The translations under genes were made by a program, and so were the position numbers. Shown here one piece after another: positions 37,089 to 45,964 of a DNA stretch of 64,000 nucleotides. The DNA is from Mollicutes bacterium (GTDB taxonomy: Bacteria > Bacillota_I > Bacilli_A > Izemoplasmatales > Izemoplasmataceae), in the NCBI GenBank assembly GCA_003552925.1, contig PUOX01000057.1, positions 34 to 64,033 on the forward strand. The letters run 5' to 3'. The notes beneath the pieces are model-generated. The model was not told where the DNA came from, did not search any database, and saw only the letters and a list, made by a program, of their open reading frames with translations. How positions within the stretch are numbered: position 1 is the first letter of the stretch; every line of letters starts with the position of its first letter.

Positions 37089-37856
37089 TTAGGTAGCGCC
37101 CATTCCGCCATCAATGCGGTATTGTGCGCCAGTGATGTAGCTTGCTTGGTCACTGGCCAAGAACAGAATCAAATCGGCCATTTCCTCGTTTTTACCGTAG
37201 CGCCCTAAGGGGATGGTGCTCTCGAAAGCTTTTTTGACCCCTTCGGCATCGTCGGGGTTGCTTTGCTGCTCGATGGAGCGCATCATGCGGTTGTCGACAG
37301 GTGAAGGATGAATGGAGTTGATGCGGATGCCGTCTTGTGCATACTCGGCCGCCGCGGTTTTGGTCAGTCCGTTGACGGCGTGTTTGGAGGCCACGTAGGG
37401 GCCAAGACCGGGGAATCCTTGCAAGCCGGCGACGGATGAGGTGTTGATGATGGAGCCTTTCTTTTGTTTGGCCATGATGGGAACGACGTGTTTCATGCCG
37501 AGCCAAACGCCTTTCACGTTGATGTCGAGGACTTTGGCGAAGTCTTTTTCTTCCGCATCGATCAGCATGGCTCGTTTGCCTTCAATGCCGGCGTTGTTGA
37601 CGAAGATGTCGATGGTGCCGAAAGTGTCTGTGGTTTTTTGCACGTAGTGTTTAACGTCTGATTCTTTGGAAACGTCCGCTTGGACCGCTATGATTTCGCC
37701 CAAGGCTTTCAGTTCTTCGACGGCGCTATTCAAACCGTCTTGGTCGATGTCGACGATGACGACTTTCGCGCCCTCTTCTAAAAACTGTTTGGCGGTTTGC
37801 TTGCCAATGCCACCGCTCCCGCCGGTCACAATCACAACTTTGCCTTTGAATCTCAT
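37089..37856 (-). CDS. SDR-family oxidoreductase (3-oxoacyl-ACP reductase / glucose dehydrogenase-like)
   Basis: [13 protein letters not shown], and YVASKHAV catalytic motif. Confidence 0.9.
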   Translation of the reverse strand: MRFKGKVVIVTGGSGGIGKQTAKQFLEEGAKVVIVDIDQDGLNSAVEELKALGEIIAVQADVSKESDVKHYVQKTTDTFGTIDIFVNNAGIEGKRAMLIDAEEKDFAKVLDINVKGVWLGMKHVVPIMAKQKKGSIINTSSVAGLQGFPGLGPYVASKHAVNGLTKTAAAEYAQDGIRINSIHPSPVDNRMMRSIEQQSNPDDAEGVKKAFESTIPLGRYGKNEEMADLILFLASDQASYITGAQYRIDGGMGAT

Positions 37857-38037
37857 GAATTATCCCTCCTTTAATCGTTTCTATCTTTATTGTATCAAGC
37901 AAAGCCAACCGATGCATGAAATACGCAAATCTTTCAACGTGTTTCGAATGTGCGAAAGAGCGCTTCGCATGTATTTGGATTGCCATTGTCCTTTTTGGGT
38001 GCTACAATCAAACTATAAGAAACCAGGAGGGGTCAAA

Positions 38038-38790
38038 GTGGAAGCGAAAATGGTGCATTGGCAACGATTTCATTACGACGAACACGGGTTTGAACTTCTT
38101 GAAGTGTTTGAAGACGGGAAGATTATGGTGAGGCGTTTTCAAAAACGCGATGACGATACCCGTTTTTACAAAGAAACAAAACGTGAAGACTTTACGGCTC
38201 ACGGAAAGATTGTGGTCGAAAAGGCGGACTTCGGCCGTGAGGGAAAGATTCAAGACAAGGAACTCTCCCAAAAGGTGGAAACGGTGAAGGAATATCCGTT
38301 AGAGGAATGGCAAGAGGCTAGGAAGCACGTGCAGAAGCTTCAGGATGATTCGGCCGATTCGGTCACGCACGATTATCATTCTTTGCTTCTAGTTGAAGGG
38401 GAGAATCTTAGCACCGAACTAAAGGACATGCTTGTCGGACGCGTTTTCCCCATCATGAAGTTTCGTTTTGAAAACCGTGGCGGTACGCTTTATAAAGAGA
38501 CGTATCCGGAACGGCTTGAAATACGGTTCTTGCCTGAATTGAACGAACGGTTGTATTTCTATTTGCACGCCAAGCAGCAACACCTGACCACAACGGGGGA
38601 CAATCTTTTTGCCTTGCACACCAAGCATTGCGACGCCGATTTTTGCGAGACCGACTTTAAAGACTACATCGAGTCCATGCTTGAAGAAATACGGAACCAG
38701 CCGGTCCGCTATCACGATTTAATCACGAAACAGCGAGACCGCCGGGCGATGATTGAAACCGACGACATCGGCGATTTGTATCCACGATGA
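38038..38790 (+). CDS. hypothetical cytoplasmic protein (no recognisable family)
   Basis: AGGAGGGG RBS then GTG at 38038. The upstream part of the 37666 ORF is antisense to the SDR gene and was discarded. Confidence 0.5.
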   Translation: MEAKMVHWQRFHYDEHGFELLEVFEDGKIMVRRFQKRDDDTRFYKETKREDFTAHGKIVVEKADFGREGKIQDKELSQKVETVKEYPLEEWQEARKHVQKLQDDSADSVTHDYHSLLLVEGENLSTELKDMLVGRVFPIMKFRFENRGGTLYKETYPERLEIRFLPELNERLYFYLHAKQQHLTTTGDNLFALHTKHCDADFCETDFKDYIESMLEEIRNQPVRYHDLITKQRDRRAMIETDDIGDLYPR

Positions 38791-38951
38791 TATGTAAACT
38801 GAAGCACCGGCGAGGCCGGTGCTTTTTTTTGCATTATGGGTGAAAGAAGATGCAAGAGATAGGGGGATGCTTTTTTGAAAGGATGGATTAAGCGGTTTTC
38901 ATGGTATAATTTGACTTGTAAAACCATAAGGTGAACGTATGGAGGAATGCA

Positions 38952-39698
38952 ATGCGTTTTTTTCGTGCTGTAAAGGTTTTGTTTAAACACTACGGACTTA
39001 TCTTTCCCGTGTACGCGTTTGCGTCGCTTTCTATGATTTTAGTGACGAACGTCGCCCCGCTAGTGGGCACGCTTTTGGTTTTGCCGGTGGGATTGGGCGT
39101 TGCTTATACGATGTATTCGGTCATCGAAACTAGGAAAAAACCCAGAAAAAGAGCTTTCACATTAGGGTTTGAGAAACACTATGTCTTAAACATCGGCTAT
39201 CTAGCCATACGTCAGGTGGCCTATCTCGCCCCATTGTTGCTCGGGGTGTTTCTTTCCGGTCTCCTTTCGGGTTATGTGATAGAGATTCAAGCGGCGAACA
39301 CGTTTGTGGCTTTGAACTTTTTGTTGTTCGCGTTGCCGTCGGCAGTGGTTTCGCTAATGCTTGCTATGGTTCCCTTTTTATTGGCCGACCCTAAGTTCGA
39401 CCAAAGCAAGCACAATCCTCTGAAAGTCAGCGCTTCTATCATGAAAGGCAATTATCTGCGTTTGCTGTTCACACGGCTCTTTTTCATACCTTGGCTGCTT
39501 TGGACGGGGTCCGGGTTGGCTTTGGTGTTTGTGTCGTATTTCTCCAGCTTGTTCGGCGGCGGCGCGGTTTTGCCGAATCTTACATTGATTTGGCTGTTGT
39601 CGACACCGGTGCTTTTTCTGGTCATTACGCCATGGTATCAGATGGTGCATGCCGACCTTTACGTTTCGTTGCGGCATAAAGTCAAAGGATACCAATAG
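38952..39698 (+). CDS. polytopic membrane protein (DUF975-like topology)
   Basis: GGAGG RBS. Hydrophobic segments interrupted by a basic loop (ETRKKPRKRAF), similar in layout to the DUF975 gene at 45965. Confidence 0.5.
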   Translation: MRFFRAVKVLFKHYGLIFPVYAFASLSMILVTNVAPLVGTLLVLPVGLGVAYTMYSVIETRKKPRKRAFTLGFEKHYVLNIGYLAIRQVAYLAPLLLGVFLSGLLSGYVIEIQAANTFVALNFLLFALPSAVVSLMLAMVPFLLADPKFDQSKHNPLKVSASIMKGNYLRLLFTRLFFIPWLLWTGSGLALVFVSYFSSLFGGGAVLPNLTLIWLLSTPVLFLVITPWYQMVHADLYVSLRHKVKGYQ

Positions 39699-39761
39699 TA
39701 TAATACATTGTTTGTATTGAGCGAAACTATGTGAGTTTCGGCTTGAAAGGAAGGGATGCGC

Positions 39762-40679
39762 ATGAAAAAGATGGTTGTCTTTGTGGCTTTGGTGCTTGCT
39801 TTTGTGATTGGAAGCGCCCAAAGTGTTTCCGCCGATGCCGCTCCGCGGCCAACGGCGGATTTGAGCATTGTCGGGGTGGAGCAAGAGTATTCGATTGATT
39901 TTCTGATTCCTGTGACAAGAAGCATTGAAGGGGAAGACGAAGAGTGGATTGAGGATCGTATTCGTTTTGATTATTACAAGGATGATTATCCGGAGCGTTT
40001 GATTGGGTATCAAGACGATGACGGGTTTGCTTCGTGCACATTATATTCTAACGCTCCATGCATTCTATCAGAAGAAGGAGACGATGCTTTTCGCTTAGGC
40101 TATTTTCGCGCGCCTCGCGTATTCAAAATCGCCATTGTGACCGAAGACGATGTCTTAATTGTATCTGAAGAGATTAAGCGTGTGCTGTTCAACGCCGAGT
40201 TCACTTACGACTTAAGCGGTGTGGATCTTTCCGAAGACGCTTTTGGCGTGGGAGAGGTGAGTGAAGAGCTTCCGTTCATTGGCGGTCTAATCCTTGAGTT
40301 TTTGGCGCGGATACTTTTTACGATTGCGGTGGAGTTGATCGTCTTGGCGCTGTTTTTCTATCGCAAAGCTTCCAGTTTCAAATTGGTGGGGATTGTCAAC
40401 TTGATTTCGCAAAGCTTGTTGACTTTGGCTGTGATGTACGGCTATTATAGATTCTCGCTTTTTGGCGCTTTGGGCATTTTGCTTGTCGGGGAGATTTTTG
40501 TCTATTCCTTTGAAATCATCGTGTACGCGAAAAAATTGAAGGAAAAAAGTGTTTGGCGTGCAATTGTCTATGGGCTCACGGCCAATACCGCAAGTTTTTT
40601 GCTTTATTTTGTTTTACTCATAGGTGCTCATTATGTGACCCTTCTCTTTCAGCAACTATACCTAGTGTTCGCTCCGTGA
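39762..40679 (+). CDS. membrane protein with cleavable signal peptide, acidic ectodomain and C-terminal 4-TM bundle
   Basis: MKKMVVFVALVLAFVIGSAQSVSA signal, a ~170-aa D/E-rich domain, then hydrophobic helices. Confidence 0.55.
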   Translation: MKKMVVFVALVLAFVIGSAQSVSADAAPRPTADLSIVGVEQEYSIDFLIPVTRSIEGEDEEWIEDRIRFDYYKDDYPERLIGYQDDDGFASCTLYSNAPCILSEEGDDAFRLGYFRAPRVFKIAIVTEDDVLIVSEEIKRVLFNAEFTYDLSGVDLSEDAFGVGEVSEELPFIGGLILEFLARILFTIAVELIVLALFFYRKASSFKLVGIVNLISQSLLTLAVMYGYYRFSLFGALGILLVGEIFVYSFEIIVYAKKLKEKSVWRAIVYGLTANTASFLLYFVLLIGAHYVTLLFQQLYLVFAP

Positions 40680-40756
40680 ATGAGTCCGGTTTTGTGAAAA
40701 GGTTTGTCGCGTAGGCAAGACAAAAAACGTTTCTTTACAAACCTTTAGAAAATTTA

Positions 40757-40785
40757 TTGCTATTCTTTGTAAAATAGAGTAATAT
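40757..40785 (+). promoter_or_regulatory. sigma-A-like promoter of the giant surface-protein gene
   Basis: TTGCTA, 17-nt spacer, TAATAT. This leaves a leader of about 160 nt before the ATG at 40950. Confidence 0.4.
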
Positions 40786-40949
40786 TTTGGTATCAAAGCA
40801 TGTTCTTTACATACGCATAGAAGGTTTCATCAATGGGTACTGACCCATGGTGCGCCGTTGTCTGGCTTGTATTTTTTAGCGTCTTCACGCTTAATCTTAT
40901 GAGTGTCAGGGAACGGTTTTTTTCTCAAAAAAATAATGGGGGAGTGTTT

Positions 40950-43900
40950 ATGAAGAAGATTTTTATCGTAGCATTGATGTTGTTGACATCTTTGTCGATA
41001 GCGGCATGTGCTCGAAGAGCCGACCAAGTGACGGTCACACTGACTAGTGAACTTGAGGAAGCGACACTAACCGTTTCGCCTTCGGCCACGGTTGATGTGG
41101 ATACCCAAGTGACAGTAGAGGCCTCCGAAGTGGCGGGATACACCTTTGCACATTGGAAAAATGTGGAAACCGGCATCGAAGTGTCCACAAACCGGGTGTA
41201 TACATTCCCGGCGGTGGCCAGTTTGACCCTTGAGGCGGTATACACAGAAGATGTCGCGATTGCGGATGTTGACACAACCTTAACAAGCGCTTTGGCCTCC
41301 GCGGTGTTGACGAAAACGCCGACCGGCCCTGTGGCTCCCGGCACCGAAGTGACCATCGAAGCTTCGAGCGTTTCCGGGTATGAGTTTGTGCATTGGTGGG
41401 ATGAGGACGCAAACGCTGTGTTTGCCGAAACCGCCGTGTATACGTTTGTGTTGAGCGAGGACAAGAATCTTGTGGCGGTGTACGTTGAAGAAGGCGTTGA
41501 AGTCGTTGACATTACGTTTGAAAGCGACACTACTGAAGCCGTGATGACAATGACGCCCATCGGACCTGTCGCAAAAGGCACCGAAGTAACCATTGAAGCG
41601 TCGAGTGTCACGGGATACTTGTTTCTGCACTGGCTGGATGTAGGTGCCGACGCTGTTTTGGCGGAAACCAAGTCGCATACTTTTACACTGAACACCAACA
41701 TGACGCTCAAGGCTGTATATGAAGAAGAACCAACCGATCCGGATACTGTAAACGCGACTCTTACCAGCAACATCGTTGATTCCGTCATGACCATGACACC
41801 CACCGGTCCGGTCGCGCCGGGTACGGAAGTGACCATCGAAACCAGCGAAATGGAAGGGCATGTGTTCCTGCATTGGTGGGATGTATACGCGGATGCCCTA
41901 TTTGCCGAAACGTTGACACACACTTTCACACTCAACGAAGATATGAACCTCAAAGCCGTCTACATCACCGAAGCGGCGCATCAAGCCGCATTGGTGCTCG
42001 CGGACTTTGACGGCGGGTTGGGCCATCTTGAAACTTTGATGGCAAACTTCATGACCACTGACGCTTTTGCTTTAGAATTCGTGATGGTCATGGAAGTTGA
42101 TGACAGTGGAATGATACTCAGCAATGGCGGTGAAGACCATGAAATGCGTTTGACCTATCGCAACGTCAAAGACGGCGACGTAACGATGCACGAGTTGAAA
42201 GTGTACGCGAAGCTGCCCGATTTTGACGGTCCGGGTGACGCCTTGGACCTACACTTCATCGTTATCGAACATCCGGGGCATGTCGAAATGTATGTCGATG
42301 TCGGCATCTTGTTGGATCAGCTCACCATGGAAACCGGATTGAACCTGAGAGTGCTTTTGGGGTTCCAAAACGATTACGTGTATGTGAATTTGCCGCATGA
42401 ACTCGCGGGCGAATTCTTCGAGGAAATTTTGGCCATGTTTGAAGAAGAAATGGACGAAATCGGTTTCGACCCCGACCTCTTTGATGACGTATTGGCCGAG
42501 CTTCATCGTTTCGAGAAATACTTCACACTTGATTATTTTGAAGACCTTGAAGACCTTGATGTGGACATGGAACAAGACGACACCCACATCCATACCATTA
42601 TGATTATGAATTCCGCATTGGTCAAGACGATTTTTGAAGACATGTTTGAAGATGTTTACGCCATCGCCTATCTCATCGCTGAAGAAGGCGAACTTCCACC
42701 GTATGAGGATTTCATCGCTTCGTCCGATTACGCCGAATTGATGCTTATGCTCGGCATGATGGAACCCTTCCCGATGCGGATGATTTACGAGCCGTACAGC
42801 GAAGACTGGATGCGCATGCATCTTGACCTCCGTGAAATTTTGGAACCTTACGGCGACGGCATGGACTTCATCGAGGCATTCTACATCTCCGTGGACGCTT
42901 ATACGTACGCTGAAATTACGTTGCCCGATGACGCCAAAGACATCACCGATTTGGCAAAGGAAATGTTGCAATTCGCGTTCATGATGGAGATTGTGCAGTT
43001 TTCCTACAGTGTGTTTAATCAGCCCGACGTGCCTGAAGACACACACACCCTTGCCGATTTGGACGATATGGGATACTCTTTCGGAATGCCGTTCATTGAC
43101 CGCGAGTTGAGCACCGTCACCGCGATGGACGACAAAACAGATTTCGAACTGGATTTCTATTTGTCCAGCAACGGAGAGCCGCTTTTCCATACGCCGATTT
43201 CGCTGGCGATGCTGGAAGACGTCTTCGACTTTGGCGACCCTAGCGAATTGGACCGCGAAGCGTTCTTGGCCATCATCGATTTGATCGATGAAGACAACAT
43301 TTCTTTGTACTTGATTGCGAAAGAGTTGCTGGTGTTCTTAGAAGAAATGTTGCAGGACCCGGAAGTGCCGGATTTTGACCTTTACGACGAATTGATCCAC
43401 GATATTCCGCGTTACCCGGAGGCGGTGATTGTCAGAACCTATGACGAGGGCGACTATGGCAGTTACGAAGTTCATTATGTCGTGGAAAGCTCAGTAAGCA
43501 GCGCGTACGACCATTTCATGAATTTCTTTGACGGAAGCCCGGGCTGGGACGTCATGGTGGTGCAAAACGACCCCGACCGCTTTGCGATGCAAGCGTGGCA
43601 TGATGACGAAGAAAGCACGATATTCTTTGTCGAAGTCCGCGATCGTTCCGGCTATCAAAACGCGATACTGATTCAAGTGACCAAGACCTTTGATCCGGTC
43701 TCCAGAATCCCTGACGACGATTATGACGGACTTGAGGATATTGCAGGGTTTCCGCGTTACCCGGGAAGCGTCATTACTTTCGGATGGGAAAGCAGTGAAA
43801 ACGTGTACATAGAATATGTCGCGCCCGACACAGAACCTTTTGACGTTTGGGATTATTTTGACAGACTTTCTTTAGAGCCTGGATGGAATTTTGAGGACAG

Positions 43901-44432
43901 CGAATATGAAGACGGTTACGGCATGGTGTTTTTCACCAGCGACACACACGAGCTTTGGATTCATGCATACCATAGTGATGAGTTTCCAGGCGCTACGACG
44001 TATCATCTGAACTTAAATGAAATTGTTGCACCGGATTTTCCCGACGAGGATCTAATCGATCTTGACGATATTGACGGTGTGCCCCGTTATACCGGAAGTT
44101 TCTTGGTGGATGGATACGGTTCGGAGGATGATGGGGAGCTCGATTGGCATCGCCTCTATCTTGTGGAGAACATTGCAACTTTGAATGTGTATTTGTTCTA
44201 TTTTGAAGGCTTAAACGCAGATGAATATTGGTTTAACATCCGTTGTGGTTTTTCTATCGCAGACGATTGGGGCTGGCTCTATTATTACTCTCATACTCAT
44301 AGTTTGTATATTAGATTCAACTACGATGATACATTTGCCAATGCCGTTCGGATTCACATTGATTACGATGAGCGTCACCTTCCTGAAGACATTAGTGTTG
44401 CATCTCCTTATCTTGACAGTTTGCTTGCCTGA
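40950..44432 (+). CDS. giant acidic surface lipoprotein (4 InlB-B/Listeria-Bacteroides-type repeats, helical acidic region, PRYP modules); ends at an in-frame TGA
   Basis: Lipobox MKKIFIVALMLLTSLSIAAC after a GGGGGAG RBS. The reading frame continues past the TGA at 44430-44432 into ORF 44475..45026. Confidence 0.8.
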   Translation: MKKIFIVALMLLTSLSIAACARRADQVTVTLTSELEEATLTVSPSATVDVDTQVTVEASEVAGYTFAHWKNVETGIEVSTNRVYTFPAVASLTLEAVYTEDVAIADVDTTLTSALASAVLTKTPTGPVAPGTEVTIEASSVSGYEFVHWWDEDANAVFAETAVYTFVLSEDKNLVAVYVEEGVEVVDITFESDTTEAVMTMTPIGPVAKGTEVTIEASSVTGYLFLHWLDVGADAVLAETKSHTFTLNTNMTLKAVYEEEPTDPDTVNATLTSNIVDSVMTMTPTGPVAPGTEVTIETSEMEGHVFLHWWDVYADALFAETLTHTFTLNEDMNLKAVYITEAAHQAALVLADFDGGLGHLETLMANFMTTDAFALEFVMVMEVDDSGMILSNGGEDHEMRLTYRNVKDGDVTMHELKVYAKLPDFDGPGDALDLHFIVIEHPGHVEMYVDVGILLDQLTMETGLNLRVLLGFQNDYVYVNLPHELAGEFFEEILAMFEEEMDEIGFDPDLFDDVLAELHRFEKYFTLDYFEDLEDLDVDMEQDDTHIHTIMIMNSALVKTIFEDMFEDVYAIAYLIAEEGELPPYEDFIASSDYAELMLMLGMMEPFPMRMIYEPYSEDWMRMHLDLREILEPYGDGMDFIEAFYISVDAYTYAEITLPDDAKDITDLAKEMLQFAFMMEIVQFSYSVFNQPDVPEDTHTLADLDDMGYSFGMPFIDRELSTVTAMDDKTDFELDFYLSSNGEPLFHTPISLAMLEDVFDFGDPSELDREAFLAIIDLIDEDNISLYLIAKELLVFLEEMLQDPEVPDFDLYDELIHDIPRYPEAVIVRTYDEGDYGSYEVHYVVESSVSSAYDHFMNFFDGSPGWDVMVVQNDPDRFAMQAWHDDEESTIFFVEVRDRSGYQNAILIQVTKTFDPVSRIPDDDYDGLEDIAGFPRYPGSVITFGWESSENVYIEYVAPDTEPFDVWDYFDRLSLEPGWNFEDSEYEDGYGMVFFTSDTHELWIHAYHSDEFPGATTYHLNLNEIVAPDFPDEDLIDLDDIDGVPRYTGSFLVDGYGSEDDGELDWHRLYLVENIATLNVYLFYFEGLNADEYWFNIRCGFSIADDWGWLYYYSHTHSLYIRFNYDDTFANAVRIHIDYDERHLPEDISVASPYLDSLLA
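41028..41966 (+). repeat. four tandem ~78-aa coding repeats (TLTS....LT.TPTGPVAPGTEVTIEAS.V.GY.F.HW.D....A.FAET..YTF.L....L.AVY)
   Basis: Seen directly in the translation. The GY.F.HW core resembles Listeria-Bacteroides / InlB B-repeat domains. Confidence 0.8.
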
Positions 44433-45026
44433 TTTCATGATGATGAGAATGGGCGTCGGCAAGAACGTGTTTACTTGATTAACGAGACGGACCCTAAAGT
44501 AGTTCATGATTACTATGTTGCTCTCTTCGAAGATGATTTCGATTGGACCATTACTAACGAGGAATATGATTCAGATAGATTATCCTGGAATTTACGTCTC
44601 AATTCGGATACACATGTATTGAACATTCATACAAGAAAGCACAGCCTTGTGGAAGACTTGGTAGAGTACAGAATTGTGTTAGAAGATACCCGCTTCCCTG
44701 AAGAAGACTTGGTGGATTTGCCCGACATCGACGTCGTTCTCCGTTATCCTGAGAGTATTTTGTTTGAAGGGCATGATGGCGATGAGAACGCACTCCAATA
44801 CCGAAGGTACTATGTAGAGGAGAAAGTTGTTGAAGACGTGTACAGCCACTATCTTACATATTTTGACGACAACCCTGACTGGACTCTTGAGCATTCTAAT
44901 TTTGATTCGGCATATGCCGAACTGTGGTATGTTTCGGACACTCAATACATATCTATTTCGATTGATAGCGGAACCATGTACGACGATGCAATACGTTATC
45001 ATATCGAAGTTGGAGAACAAAACTGA
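43377..45026 (+). repeat. five tandem ~110-130-aa modules each opening with (D/E)-rich linker + (I/F/V)PRYP(E/G)(A/S) and ending ...Y.I.(V/L/I)
   Basis: Modules start near IPRYPEAVIV, FPRYPGSVIT, VPRYTGSFLV, (S)PYLDSLLA*F and VLRYPESILF. The fourth module contains the in-frame TGA. Confidence 0.7.
44475..45026 (+). CDS. C-terminal continuation of the giant surface protein (same frame, downstream of in-frame TGA); standalone only if TTG-initiated
   Basis: Same reading frame as 40950..44432 and no ATG near its 5' end. It contains one and a half further PRYP modules. The terminator comes only after 45026. Confidence 0.5.
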   Translation: MINETDPKVVHDYYVALFEDDFDWTITNEEYDSDRLSWNLRLNSDTHVLNIHTRKHSLVEDLVEYRIVLEDTRFPEEDLVDLPDIDVVLRYPESILFEGHDGDENALQYRRYYVEEKVVEDVYSHYLTYFDDNPDWTLEHSNFDSAYAELWYVSDTQYISISIDSGTMYDDAIRYHIEVGEQN

Positions 45027-45051
45027 CAAGACAAAACAGTGAACATGCAGG

Positions 45052-45085
45052 AAGGCTCGGAGATTCATGCCGGGCCTTTTTGTTT
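45052..45085 (+). terminator. rho-independent terminator
   Basis: AAGGCTCGG...CCGGGCCTT 9-bp stem followed by a T-run. Confidence 0.65.
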
Positions 45086-45128
45086 TCTCAGGGGTGTTGT
45101 ACAATGGCACTACAAAGGGAGTGGTCGT

Positions 45129-45722
45129 ATGGACAAAGAAACATTCTATAAAAACCTTCGCGCTTGCCAAGAGTGTGCTTCGCTTTTTGACCATGTGCCT
45201 CGCCCCGTCTTTTTGGGGTTCTTGGACGCGCCCATCATGCAGATTTCACAGGCCCCCTCGAAAACCGTGCATGAGACGGGCTATCCTTTTAACGACGCAT
45301 CGGGGCGAAAGTTGCGTCATGAATGGTATGAAATATCCGATGAAACCTTTTACAACCCGGAAAACTTCTACATCACTTCCGTCGGGAAGTGCTTTCCCGG
45401 GAAGGACGCCCGCGGTGGCGACAATAAGCCGCCCAAAATTTGCGCGAAGCTTTGGCTTGAAGGCGAGTTGCGTTATGTCAAAAACGTCCTGTATCTGATT
45501 GTCGGCAAAGCGGCGGCCGAGTATTTCTTTCCCAAACGTTCGTTTTACGAATTAGTGATGGAAGATCAGACCATCCGAGGGAAGACCGCTTTTGTGTTGC
45601 CGCATCCTTCGCCGCTTAACGTCAAGTGGTTCAAAGACCATCCGAAATTTTTCACCGAACGTTTGCCGAAGATCCGTCAACAGCTTCATGCTGTCTTAGT
45701 GGATGAAGAAACTTCACGGTGA
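45129..45722 (+). CDS. uracil-DNA glycosylase superfamily protein
   Basis: GKCFPG... and the VLPHPSPLN motif characteristic of UDG-superfamily proteins. AAGGGAG RBS. Confidence 0.7.
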   Translation: MDKETFYKNLRACQECASLFDHVPRPVFLGFLDAPIMQISQAPSKTVHETGYPFNDASGRKLRHEWYEISDETFYNPENFYITSVGKCFPGKDARGGDNKPPKICAKLWLEGELRYVKNVLYLIVGKAAAEYFFPKRSFYELVMEDQTIRGKTAFVLPHPSPLNVKWFKDHPKFFTERLPKIRQQLHAVLVDEETSR

Positions 45723-45882
45723 TTCATGATGTATGTTTGTGCATCCTTTTTGAAAACCAATGAAAACATGATAATTTTGAGCGATGTCTTTACAAAATCA
45801 CTCCCTTATTTATAATGAAAATAGGGGGGAATTATATGTACCTTTGCGGGTTGTTGGGCATTGGTAGTGAATTGGAACGATA

Positions 45883-45909
45883 AAGCCATTTTTTCGAATG
45901 GCTTTTTTT
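45883..45909 (+). terminator. rho-independent terminator of a tiny transcription unit
   Basis: AAGCCATT-ttttcg-AATGGCTT hairpin followed by TTTTT. Confidence 0.7.
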
Positions 45910-45964
45910 GTCCTTCCTGAAACTGAGATTGGAACCATAAACAAAACTACGAGGAGGATTTTGA

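Noticed and set aside
37666-38037. 5' extension of the 38038..38790 ORF (the track gives 374 aa from 37666)
   Set aside because: The extension is antisense to the well-supported SDR gene 37089..37856. A strong AGGAGGGG RBS precedes the GTG at 38038.
40925-43190. Long minus-strand ORFs (40925..41953, 41280..41873, 42249..43190) opposite the giant lipoprotein gene
   Set aside because: They are antisense shadows of a repeat-rich acidic gene. Their translations are Ser/Thr/Val- or His/Phe-rich nonsense, with no start context.
44430-44432. TGA reassigned genome-wide (code 4 Trp or code 25 Gly), or selenocysteine at this codon
   Set aside because: Many well-defined genes in the window terminate at TGA with normal C-termini and downstream RBSs or terminators; examples are the ABC ATPase at 1324-1326 and the ATGA overlaps at 2062 and 24193. 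No convincing SECIS-like hairpin follows the codon, and Sec in an extracellular repeat is implausible.
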